Position numbers and translations under genes: made by a program | Shown here: positions 28,355 through 36,344 of the stretch, piece after piece | How the letters are laid out: each line of letters starts with the position of its first letter | Numbering within the stretch: the first letter of the stretch is position 1 | Notes under the pieces: generated by a model | Seen by the model: the letters and a program-made list of their open reading frames with translations, nothing else | Databases searched by the model: none | What the model was told of the DNA's origin: nothing | Assembly: GCA_964633175.1 (NCBI GenBank) | Contig: CAZWFP010000001.1 | Span: 942 to 64,941, forward strand | Direction of reading: 5' to 3' | DNA length: 64,000 nt | Source of the DNA: an uncultured Planctomycetaceae bacterium | GTDB lineage: Bacteria > Planctomycetota > MHYJ01 > CAZWFP01

Positions 28355-30493
28355 TTATTTTTTCCATTCCTTGAGTGTTTTCTGGGTATCAGATACTCCT
28401 TCTTTTATTCTTCTTACATCTCTGATTAGACCCTGGAAACTTTCCCACCATTTTAAAAGATCAAGTATTCGTTCGTATAACAATATGGAATTATCTAAAT
28501 TTCTTTTGACGTCTCTTACTTTGCCAGATTCATTAATAACTCTTAAATCTCTTAGTATATCATACAGTAATCCTTCGTTCTGGCTTCCTCTCTCGCCAAT
28601 AAGATGTGATAAGATTTTGTATGCCTCTTGTAAGTTTTTTTGTATCGCAGTGTTACCATAATATAATTTGTTATTTATTATGTCTGAGTAGACGTCATAT
28701 AATTCGTTACGAATCTTAGTAGTGTCGCTAATAATGTCAGGTTCTTTGTATAAGAAATCAAATATTAATCCATCTGGTATGTTGCCATTTATTTTTACGA
28801 TTTCATTTAATATGTTTTCTTGCTTTCCCTTAGTTTTTATTATTTTTTCTTTCAGCTCAGCTATAATGTCATCAATTCGTTTTTCAAACTCTGCTAGTGA
28901 GATCATCTGTATCGTTTTTGTATCAGTAATTGCTTTATGAGGGCATTCCTTTTCTTTGTTAAGAGCAGTATCATCAAATTTACAATTGTCCCATACAGTA
29001 AAGTTAACTGTAATGACGTCTTCTTCCTTCATTTTTAATCTTTCTTTTAATCTTTTACCTGTTATAACTATTTTCTTTATTAGTTTGGGAGGATTCTTTT
29101 TCGTTTTAATTATTTTTACCATGCTGCTTCCTTCAGGTTTTTTTATATACATTGATACTCGCTTTATTCCATATTCATCAGTTGCCTCTAACCATATTGG
29201 TAGTTTGCCTATAGGTGTTATATATTTTTGTCCTTTTTCCGGATAGGTTATTTTTGCAATAGGTTTTAAATCATCAGAGACGTTTAATGAAAATATGTAA
29301 GGGTCCTTGTTATGTTTACCGTCCCTTGAAGTAAGTAGGATAGAAAAATCTGATGAGGTTTTTGCCAAGAATTTCCCGCTTACTGTATAAGAATCTATTG
29401 CTGAAGATAGAAATGTTTTTTTGCTGGAATCATTTTCCGGTAATGATTCAAATTCTATTGTCGCGTATCCTAATGGTACGTTTGTTTTAATTGTAACTTC
29501 CACATACGCTCCTATTGGCACGGGTAATGTATTGCTGTTTTTAATTGTTGTCGGCGGTAGATTAGAGTAAGGCGGGGGAATGACTTTATATGCAATGCTT
29601 TCTATCTGTGGATAAGGAAATGTTTCTACTTTATATATGTCGCTTACTATATCCTGACTTTTAAAATAGAATTCAAAATTTTTAGTAATGTTGACTAATT
29701 CATATATGAATCTATTTTTATTTTCTTCAGCAAGTAATCTATTCATGTAAAAATACTCTTCTTTCATCTGATTATTGTTGTCATAATGTCTGGTATATAA
29801 AAGAACTTTGGAAACGGGAACCCCCTGTGCCTCGGCTATTATTTTTAATTTATCACCTATTCCTACGCTTACAATATTGGTATTTGGCTTTGTTTTGGGT
29901 TCAACTAAAACAAGAATTGTTTTTTTTGGCCATTCTACTGATTTACCTATCAAGCGGTTAAACCATATATTTACATATTCGGGAAACGTTGAAATTGTAT
30001 ATACGGATAAAATTAAACACGTTATTCCGTACATATATGCTCTTAGCAATGGTTTTATATTCACTACTTTTGATAGAGGTTTATTTTTTATGTTTTTTAT
30101 GGCTAATTTTATAACTTCAACCATCATTGCCTGGGATTCATTTTTTACGCCTTTTGCAACTTTTTTGGCAAAGTCAACGGCACTTATCAAGGTATCATTA
30201 AAATCCTTAAAATGTGCTTCCGCTACACCAGCTAAAAATGAAGATGTCGGTTTCCATAAAATGGTTTTTATTATGTATCTATTAGCAAGAAAACCTAAAA
30301 TTCCCAAACTTATAAGAAGCATAAGTATTCTAACATATTTTGGAGTGTCAGGTATATAAAAATCAATAACAAAGGTAATTATAGAAAGCAAAAAAGCATA
30401 AGCGCACATTTTAAGTAGTCCATATATTACAAGCAATATTTTTGCTTTTAACGATATGGTTTTTAAACTTTTTTCAACTGTATAAATTTCCAT
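28355..30493 (-). CDS. large membrane-anchored protein (2–3 N-terminal TM helices plus about 550-aa extracytoplasmic region with coiled-coil C-terminus), hypothetical
   Basis: SD GAAGGAGG. N-terminal TM segments ('ILLVIYGLLKMCAYAFLLSIITFVI', 'ILMLLISLGILGFLA'). No catalytic motif recognised. Confidence 0.55.
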   Translation of the reverse strand: MEIYTVEKSLKTISLKAKILLVIYGLLKMCAYAFLLSIITFVIDFYIPDTPKYVRILMLLISLGILGFLANRYIIKTILWKPTSSFLAGVAEAHFKDFNDTLISAVDFAKKVAKGVKNESQAMMVEVIKLAIKNIKNKPLSKVVNIKPLLRAYMYGITCLILSVYTISTFPEYVNIWFNRLIGKSVEWPKKTILVLVEPKTKPNTNIVSVGIGDKLKIIAEAQGVPVSKVLLYTRHYDNNNQMKEEYFYMNRLLAEENKNRFIYELVNITKNFEFYFKSQDIVSDIYKVETFPYPQIESIAYKVIPPPYSNLPPTTIKNSNTLPVPIGAYVEVTIKTNVPLGYATIEFESLPENDSSKKTFLSSAIDSYTVSGKFLAKTSSDFSILLTSRDGKHNKDPYIFSLNVSDDLKPIAKITYPEKGQKYITPIGKLPIWLEATDEYGIKRVSMYIKKPEGSSMVKIIKTKKNPPKLIKKIVITGKRLKERLKMKEEDVITVNFTVWDNCKFDDTALNKEKECPHKAITDTKTIQMISLAEFEKRIDDIIAELKEKIIKTKGKQENILNEIVKINGNIPDGLIFDFLYKEPDIISDTTKIRNELYDVYSDIINNKLYYGNTAIQKNLQEAYKILSHLIGERGSQNEGLLYDILRDLRVINESGKVRDVKRNLDNSILLYERILDLLKWWESFQGLIRDVRRIKEGVSDTQKTLKEWKK

Positions 30494-30526
30494 AAATTAT
30501 CCTCCTTCATTCTGTCTACTTAAATC

Positions 30527-30793
30527 TTAATATTCAATTACATCTTCTATTAAAGATATACTGATAACTTTATCTTTCAATATATAGGTTTTTTTTCTGT
30601 TAGGTTTTATCCCAATTTTTTTTGCTGTAATTACATATTGTTCTTTTGTAGAACTGCCTGTTCTTATGTCATGGACGTCTACATCCTTCATAATTATGTA
30701 TTCATTATCACTACCTATTATATATCCTATATATATATACGAAGAATCCGTATCTATTATTGACAGTTTATCTATGAAATTTTCTAAATTCAA
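30527..30793 (-). CDS. small hypothetical protein (88 aa)
   Basis: ORF only. No SD. Beta-rich composition. Confidence 0.3.
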   Translation of the reverse strand: MNLENFIDKLSIIDTDSSYIYIGYIIGSDNEYIIMKDVDVHDIRTGSSTKEQYVITAKKIGIKPNRKKTYILKDKVISISLIEDVIEY

Positions 30794-30883
30794 TGTGTAA
30801 ATTTTAATAAAATTTTTATAGAAAATCCATTGGCAGTATTAAATTTTTTATGGCTGAAATTACCACAAAGAGGGAATACCTTA

Positions 30884-30923
30884 AAAAGTCAAAGGTCAAA
30901 AGTTCAAGGTTTGAAAGTTTAAG
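30884..30923 (+). repeat. TTTGAC/TCAAA heptamer-unit intergenic repeat element (copy A)
   Basis: 'GTCAAAGGTCAAAAGTTCAAGGTTTGAAAGTTTAAG' is about 80% identical to the reverse complement of 53143–53194 and shares the 'CAAGGTTTRAAAGTTTAAG' tail with 55757–55790. Confidence 0.6.
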
Positions 30924-30983
30924 TAGCACAGACATTCCTGTCTGTGTATCTTTGTCTTTCACAGGCAAGAATGCCTGTGCTAC
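30923..30983. other. 61-nt imperfect inverted repeat (hairpin) in the divergent intergenic region
   Basis: GTAGCACAGACATTCCTGTCTGTG…CACAGGCAAGAATGCCTGTGCTAC. 24-position stem with 3 mismatches or wobbles and a 13-nt loop. Confidence 0.5.
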
Positions 30984-31137
30984 TTTAATGCGTTGGGCTC
31001 TAAAGGCGCTAATTCGGAATAAATGAAGAATGAAGGATGAAAGGTAAACTACAAAAAGGGAATTTGAAAGTGTGGTAATTTCTGTTTTTATGGTTTTTAA
31101 AAGTAATAAAGAAAAATGATTTTTACAATATGCAATT

Positions 31138-32532
31138 GTGAAATATGATTATGCGGTTATAGGTGCAGGTCCTGGCGGATATACTTTTGCAATTCGCGCG
31201 TCACAGTTTAAAAAAAAATGTATCATCTTTGATGAAAGTAATGTAGGGGGAACCTGTCTCAATGTTGGCTGTATACCTTCTAAAACTTGGATAAATATAT
31301 CTACTATTTATGATGTCATAAAAAATGAATCTGCTCAGTTAGGTATTGAGGTAAAAGACGCGCAACTTAATTGGAGCAAAATACAAGAATTTAGAAGTAA
31401 TGTGGTTTCAAAACTTCGAAATGGTATAAAAGCATTATTTAAGTCGTATGACATTGATTATAAAAATAGTCCTGTTATTAAAATAGAAAGTAATAAGGTC
31501 TATTATAGTTATAACGGTTCTACCAAGTTTGTTGAAGCAGATAGAATTGTTTTAGCAATTGGCGGAATACCTATAGAACTTCAGGAATTTGATTATAGAA
31601 ATACGAATATTCTTACTTATAAGAATTGTTTTGAGTTGAGTGAATTACCTAAATCAATTATAGTCGTAGGCGGTGGTGTCATAGGAATAGAACTTGGCCA
31701 AACGTTTGCAAATTTTGGTGTAAAAATATATATCGTGGAATTACTTGATAATATATTGACAGGGGTAGATGTGGATGCATCGAGTTTTGTTATAAGAAAA
31801 TTAAGAAAACATAATGCAGATATATTTACGGGTGTTAAAGTGGAGAAGGTAAAATATAATGATAATTCTGTTGATGTTACGATTAAAAATTTTAAAACTA
31901 ACCAACTTATTAACATAACAGCAGAAAAGGTAATAGTATCTGTTGGAATAAAGCCGAAGGATGCGAAAGGGCTTGGAAATTTTGCCTTGACGGGAAAGGG
32001 GTGGGTAAAAGTAGATGAGAATTTTCAAACATCTATTGAGGATGTATATGCTATAGGTGATGTTATTGGACCACCATTTTTAGCGCACCGATCATCTTTT
32101 CAGGGAAAAATGCTTGCTGAGAGTTTGGCGAAAGGGGTGGGGGTATATACCACTAATTTAATTCCATCCGTCGTATATACGAATCCGGAGATTGCTTGGG
32201 TGGGATTACAAGAACAGGAACTAAAGAGTAGAAAAATTGACTATTCTATTTCTAAATTTTATTATTTGGCACTCGGGAGGGCGGTTGCGGATAATAAAAC
32301 AGATGGTTTTGTTAAAGTTTTTACTACGCCTGATAAAAAAGAAATTTTAGGTGTTATAATATGCGGTAAAAATGCTTCTGATTTAATTAGCCAATATACG
32401 CTTGCAATGGAATCAAAACTTTCTTTAGAAGATATTTCCCTTATAGTATATCCTCACCCCACATATTCAGAGCTGATAATGGAATCGGCTGAAAATGTTA
32501 TGGGTTATGCTATACATTCTGTTCCACGTTAA
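31138..32532 (+). CDS. lpd: dihydrolipoyl dehydrogenase
   Basis: 'YDYAVIGAGPGGY' FAD site, 'GGTCLNVGCIPSK' redox-active disulfide, 'GGGVIGIELG' NAD site, C-terminal dimerisation His. Confidence 0.85.
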   Translation: MKYDYAVIGAGPGGYTFAIRASQFKKKCIIFDESNVGGTCLNVGCIPSKTWINISTIYDVIKNESAQLGIEVKDAQLNWSKIQEFRSNVVSKLRNGIKALFKSYDIDYKNSPVIKIESNKVYYSYNGSTKFVEADRIVLAIGGIPIELQEFDYRNTNILTYKNCFELSELPKSIIVVGGGVIGIELGQTFANFGVKIYIVELLDNILTGVDVDASSFVIRKLRKHNADIFTGVKVEKVKYNDNSVDVTIKNFKTNQLINITAEKVIVSVGIKPKDAKGLGNFALTGKGWVKVDENFQTSIEDVYAIGDVIGPPFLAHRSSFQGKMLAESLAKGVGVYTTNLIPSVVYTNPEIAWVGLQEQELKSRKIDYSISKFYYLALGRAVADNKTDGFVKVFTTPDKKEILGVIICGKNASDLISQYTLAMESKLSLEDISLIVYPHPTYSELIMESAENVMGYAIHSVPR

Positions 32533-32560
32533 TGATTTTTAAGTCGCTTCTTTCTGTTCT

Positions 32561-32592
32561 AATGGGGTATCCCATTATACTATTTTCTTTTG
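32561..32592 (+). terminator. candidate rho-independent terminator after lpd
   Basis: AATGGG-GTAT-CCCATT hairpin followed by a T-rich tract. Confidence 0.45.
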
Positions 32593-32648
32593 AGTTTTGA
32601 CAGGGCAGTTGCACCTTTTTCCTTTTGAGTTTTCAGTTTTGAGTTTTA
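32587..32648 (-). repeat. TTTGAG/TTTGAC heptamer repeat element (copy D)
   Basis: 'CTTTTGAGTTTTGACAGG…CCTTTTGAGTTTTCAGTTTTGAGTTTT'. Confidence 0.55.
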
Positions 32649-32680
32649 TAATTGGCGTTTTTAAAGATGGTTTGTAATCT

Positions 32681-33769
32681 ATGAAGTTGCCTGATTGGTG
32701 GATAGATTTGGTAGGGTTTTTAACTACCCCTTATGTATTTTTTATTGCTTCTTCTATATTACTGTTTATATTTTTAAAAGGATATAAATTTTTTACAAAA
32801 CTTATTCCTGGTATATTGTTTTTTTTAATTCTTGGTGGCTTTATTTTAGTAAGTTTATCTAATGAACAGTTTAGGAAAATTGCAAGCGCTCCGGATAACA
32901 TTCCCATTTTTATTTTGATTTTTGTTAGCTCTTTTTTTATATGGTGGGGGTTGAGACAGGCAGCAATGAACGATAGAAAAATAGAAAAGGGCTTACCTGT
33001 TACAGAAGCGGAGGAAAAAGATAGATATTTTACCTGGCCTGATTTAGTATTTATAGAGTTTATTGCTACGGTTATAGGTTCTATTATATTATTTATATGG
33101 AGTATATATATAAAAGCACCTTTAGAGCAACCTGCTGACCCGTCAAGAGCTCCAAATCCTTCTAAGGCACCGTGGTATTTTTTGGGATTGCAGGAAATGT
33201 TAGTTTATTTTGACCCCTGGATTGCAGGCGTTGTTCTGCCTACTTTAATCATAGTTGGACTTATGGCGATTCCTTATATAGATACGAATCGTTTAGGTTG
33301 CGGATATTACACGTTCAAGCAAAGAAAATTAGCCATAACGTTATACCTTTATGGTTTTTTCATTTTGTGGGTATTATTGATATTCCAGGGAACATTTTTG
33401 CGTGGTCCTAACTGGAACTTCTTTAGTCCTTATGAAAAGTGGGATGTCACAAAATCCCCACCATTGAATAACGTTAATCTATCTGAATATGTTTATTTGT
33501 ACCTATTAAAAACTCCATTGCCCGAAAATATGCTACAAAGAGAGATGTTTGGTTTTGTTTTAGTTGCTTTTTATTTTATTGCTATGCCTATTGTGCTTGC
33601 TAAAACTGTATTCAAAAACGTTTATAAGGAAATAGGATTTATAAAATATTCCGTATTCATTTTTCTATTTTTGTGTATGCTTGGGATGGTTATAAAAATG
33701 TTTTTAAGATGGACGATAAATCTAAAATATGTGATTTATACGGGACCTCCATATTATTTCAATATATAA
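32681..33769 (+). CDS. cytochrome b C-terminal domain / subunit IV (PetD-like) membrane protein with extra TM extensions
   Basis: 'TWPDLVFIEFIATVIG…EQPADPSRAPNPSKAPWYFLGLQEMLVYFDPWIAGVVLP…MAIPYID' parallels the PetD 'WPNDLLYIFPVV…EPADPFATP…PEWYFFPVFQILR' block. Confidence 0.5.
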   Translation: MKLPDWWIDLVGFLTTPYVFFIASSILLFIFLKGYKFFTKLIPGILFFLILGGFILVSLSNEQFRKIASAPDNIPIFILIFVSSFFIWWGLRQAAMNDRKIEKGLPVTEAEEKDRYFTWPDLVFIEFIATVIGSIILFIWSIYIKAPLEQPADPSRAPNPSKAPWYFLGLQEMLVYFDPWIAGVVLPTLIIVGLMAIPYIDTNRLGCGYYTFKQRKLAITLYLYGFFILWVLLIFQGTFLRGPNWNFFSPYEKWDVTKSPPLNNVNLSEYVYLYLLKTPLPENMLQREMFGFVLVAFYFIAMPIVLAKTVFKNVYKEIGFIKYSVFIFLFLCMLGMVIKMFLRWTINLKYVIYTGPPYYFNI

Positions 33770-34778
33770 ACATAGCATCACCGTAAGAGAGGAATCTGTA
33801 GTTATTTTGTATAGCATATTCATATAATTGTTTGGTTTTTTCTATACCTGAAAACGCACAGACAAGCGATAGTGTAGGGCTTTGGCTTCTATGGAAATTT
33901 GTAATCATACCATCGGTGAATGTGAATTCAAAAGGTGGTTCTATGAAGAGTTGAGAGTTCCCTCGTAACTGTCCTGTTTTACCAATTGTTTCTAATGCCT
34001 TACAAACGGTGGTGCCTACTGCTATAATTTTCTTACCATTCTTCTTACTTTCTATTAATTTATTATATTCAATTTCATCGATTTCATAATACTCCAATAA
34101 AATGGATGGCGGAATTCTATGTTTTTCAAATATGGTGCTAAAGGAAATATCAAGTCTTAGGAATATAAACTCAACATTTTTTTCCTGTAATTTGTTGATA
34201 ACTCTTTGGGTAAAGTGCAATGATGCTGTAGGGGATGCTATAGAAAATCCTTCTTTTGCAAATATTGGCTGATACCATCTAAAATCCCCTTCTTCTGACT
34301 TCCTTTTTAAATAGGGTGGTATGGGCATAGAACCGTATTTTTCAATTATGCTTGTGATATTTTCTAACAAAATAAGTTTATAACCGAAGTCCACCCTTTC
34401 AGTAATCGTTCCGATTTTGTTATTATTTATATAAACGTCGCAGGGGATAGGTTTTATTCTTTTGGATAGAACGTATGCCTCTTTATCGTTGACAATCTTG
34501 TATATAACAGTATCGGTAACTGTGTTGTTTGCTTGCTTTTTATTTGCAGATGCTTTTGAGAAGTTTGGGTTTTGTATTCTGCATTCTATTTTGACAGGAT
34601 TGACCTTTGTGGTATTGAAAACAAATACATAATTTTTATCAACATAATTTGGGAGATTTAGAAATAGTTCATCGGTAATTCTATTCATTTGTTTGTTGTA
34701 AATAAGTAATTTACACTCATCCGATGGTTCTACAGGGTAGCGCGCTATCTTTTCTTTTGGTAAGTTATAGCCAAACAT
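33759..34778 (-). CDS. queA: S-adenosylmethionine:tRNA ribosyltransferase-isomerase
   Basis: N-terminal 'FGYNLPKEKIARYPVEP…CKLLIY' and C-terminal 'TNFHRSQSPTLSLVCAFSG' QueA signatures. Confidence 0.8.
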   Translation of the reverse strand: MFGYNLPKEKIARYPVEPSDECKLLIYNKQMNRITDELFLNLPNYVDKNYVFVFNTTKVNPVKIECRIQNPNFSKASANKKQANNTVTDTVIYKIVNDKEAYVLSKRIKPIPCDVYINNNKIGTITERVDFGYKLILLENITSIIEKYGSMPIPPYLKRKSEEGDFRWYQPIFAKEGFSIASPTASLHFTQRVINKLQEKNVEFIFLRLDISFSTIFEKHRIPPSILLEYYEIDEIEYNKLIESKKNGKKIIAVGTTVCKALETIGKTGQLRGNSQLFIEPPFEFTFTDGMITNFHRSQSPTLSLVCAFSGIEKTKQLYEYAIQNNYRFLSYGDAMFIY

Positions 34779-34810
34779 ATAACAGATGTTAAATATTTAT
34801 CAGGGAGTGC

Positions 34811-36079
34811 TTATATTTTTATTAAAGGATGTTCTATGTATGGTTTTAATATTTCGGGAATGGTGATTTCTCCTTGCGCATTCTGATAATTTTCAATTAA
34901 CGTTATGAAGGTTCTTGGTATAGCCAACCCAGAACCATTTATTGTATGGACATATTTTACTTTTTTATCCTTGTCCCTGAACCTTATATTTATTCTTCTT
35001 GCCTGAAAATCCAGGAATAAACTGCAGGAAGAAACCTCTAAATAAGAGTCAGTTCCAGGGGAATACGCCTCTAAATCGTATGTTTTTGCAGATGCAAAAC
35101 TCGTATCTCCTTTGCATAATTTTACTACTCGATATGGTAGATTGAGTTTTTTTAAGATATCTTCGGCATCCTGTCTTAATCTTAATAATTCCCTTTCTCC
35201 CTCCTCTGGATGAACGAATTTTACCAATTCAATCTTATCAAATTGATGTATTCTTGTAATGCCAAGAGTTTTTTTCCCTGCTGCTCCTGCTTCTCTTCTG
35301 AAACACTGAGAAAATGCAACTAATTTTATGGGTAAGTCCTGCCATGATAATATTTCATCTTTGTATATATTTGTTACAGGAACTTCTGCGGTAGGGATTA
35401 AGTATAAGTCGTCTTTTTCAATATGATACATATCATCCTTTAATTTAGGAAGTTGACCAGTGCCGTATAAAATTTCACTTTTAACGATACTCGGGGGGTA
35501 TACAAACTTATAATTATGTTCTTTTTGATGAACATCTAACATAAAATTTATTAAGCCGAATACCAACTTTGCTCCATTACCGGTATAAAGTGGGAAATCG
35601 CTGCCAGAAAGTTTAGCCCCTCTTTCAAAGTCAATGAGGTTTAGTTTTTTGCATAGTTCATAATGGTTTAATGGCTTAAAATCAAATGTTTTCTTTTCAC
35701 CCCATTCATATTCTATCTTATTAAAGGTGGCATCTTCGCCGTCCGGAACATCATAACAAAATATATTAGGAATCCATTTTAGTAGACCATCAAGATTTTT
35801 GTCTATCTCCTTTTTTTGATTTTCTAAATGATTGATTTTATCTGACGTTATCTTTAGTTCATCACGCATCCTCGCAAAATCTTTCCCCTCTTTCTTATAT
35901 AATGCTATCTCCTGAGACTTTTTATTGAGAAAATGCCTTAAATCATCTATTTCTTTTTGTAAGGTAACTCTTTCCTTATCTAATTCTATTATCTTATCTA
36001 TATTAATCTCAGTTCTTTTCCATTTTGATGCTTCTTTTACTACCTGGGGATTCTTCCTTATAAGTTCTATAGGCAACAT
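34811..36079 (-). CDS. serS: seryl-tRNA synthetase
   Basis: Canonical 'MLPIELIRKNPQVV' start; the ORF track's extra 40 aa upstream are an overcall. N-terminal coiled-coil arm. Class II motifs ('FRREAGAAG', 'GSGLAIPRTFITLIENYQ'). Confidence 0.85.
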   Translation of the reverse strand: MLPIELIRKNPQVVKEASKWKRTEINIDKIIELDKERVTLQKEIDDLRHFLNKKSQEIALYKKEGKDFARMRDELKITSDKINHLENQKKEIDKNLDGLLKWIPNIFCYDVPDGEDATFNKIEYEWGEKKTFDFKPLNHYELCKKLNLIDFERGAKLSGSDFPLYTGNGAKLVFGLINFMLDVHQKEHNYKFVYPPSIVKSEILYGTGQLPKLKDDMYHIEKDDLYLIPTAEVPVTNIYKDEILSWQDLPIKLVAFSQCFRREAGAAGKKTLGITRIHQFDKIELVKFVHPEEGERELLRLRQDAEDILKKLNLPYRVVKLCKGDTSFASAKTYDLEAYSPGTDSYLEVSSCSLFLDFQARRINIRFRDKDKKVKYVHTINGSGLAIPRTFITLIENYQNAQGEITIPEILKPYIEHPLIKI

Positions 36080-36344
36080 TCCTAAAATTATAAAATTAAT
36101 AATGAATAATGTAGATATCCGGAACGCGAGGTTGTAATTTATTATGAGTTTAACTCGCTCACACACAGAAGTTGTAATATTCGTAATTGCTATATGCATA
36201 ATTGATCAGTTAAGGAAAGTTAGTTATGTTAAATAAAATGCGCAATTTTTGGAAGGTAACTACGAAAAACCTATAAAACGGTTACGATTATATAGGTGAG
36301 ATGATAAAAAATGAGAGAAAAGTTATTATTAAGGAGGAAGTAAG

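Noticed and set aside
34811-36199. N-terminal 40-aa hydrophobic extension on SerS (possible membrane-anchored SerS)
   Set aside because: The canonical SerS N-terminus 'MLPIELIRKNPQVV' begins at an internal Met. The extension is most likely ORF overcalling into the upstream region.
36200-36344. Sigma-28 (TAAA-N15-GCCGATAA) promoter upstream of flagellin
   Set aside because: Only weak partial matches (e.g. GATGATAA without a properly spaced TAAA/-35). Cannot be supported from sequence alone.
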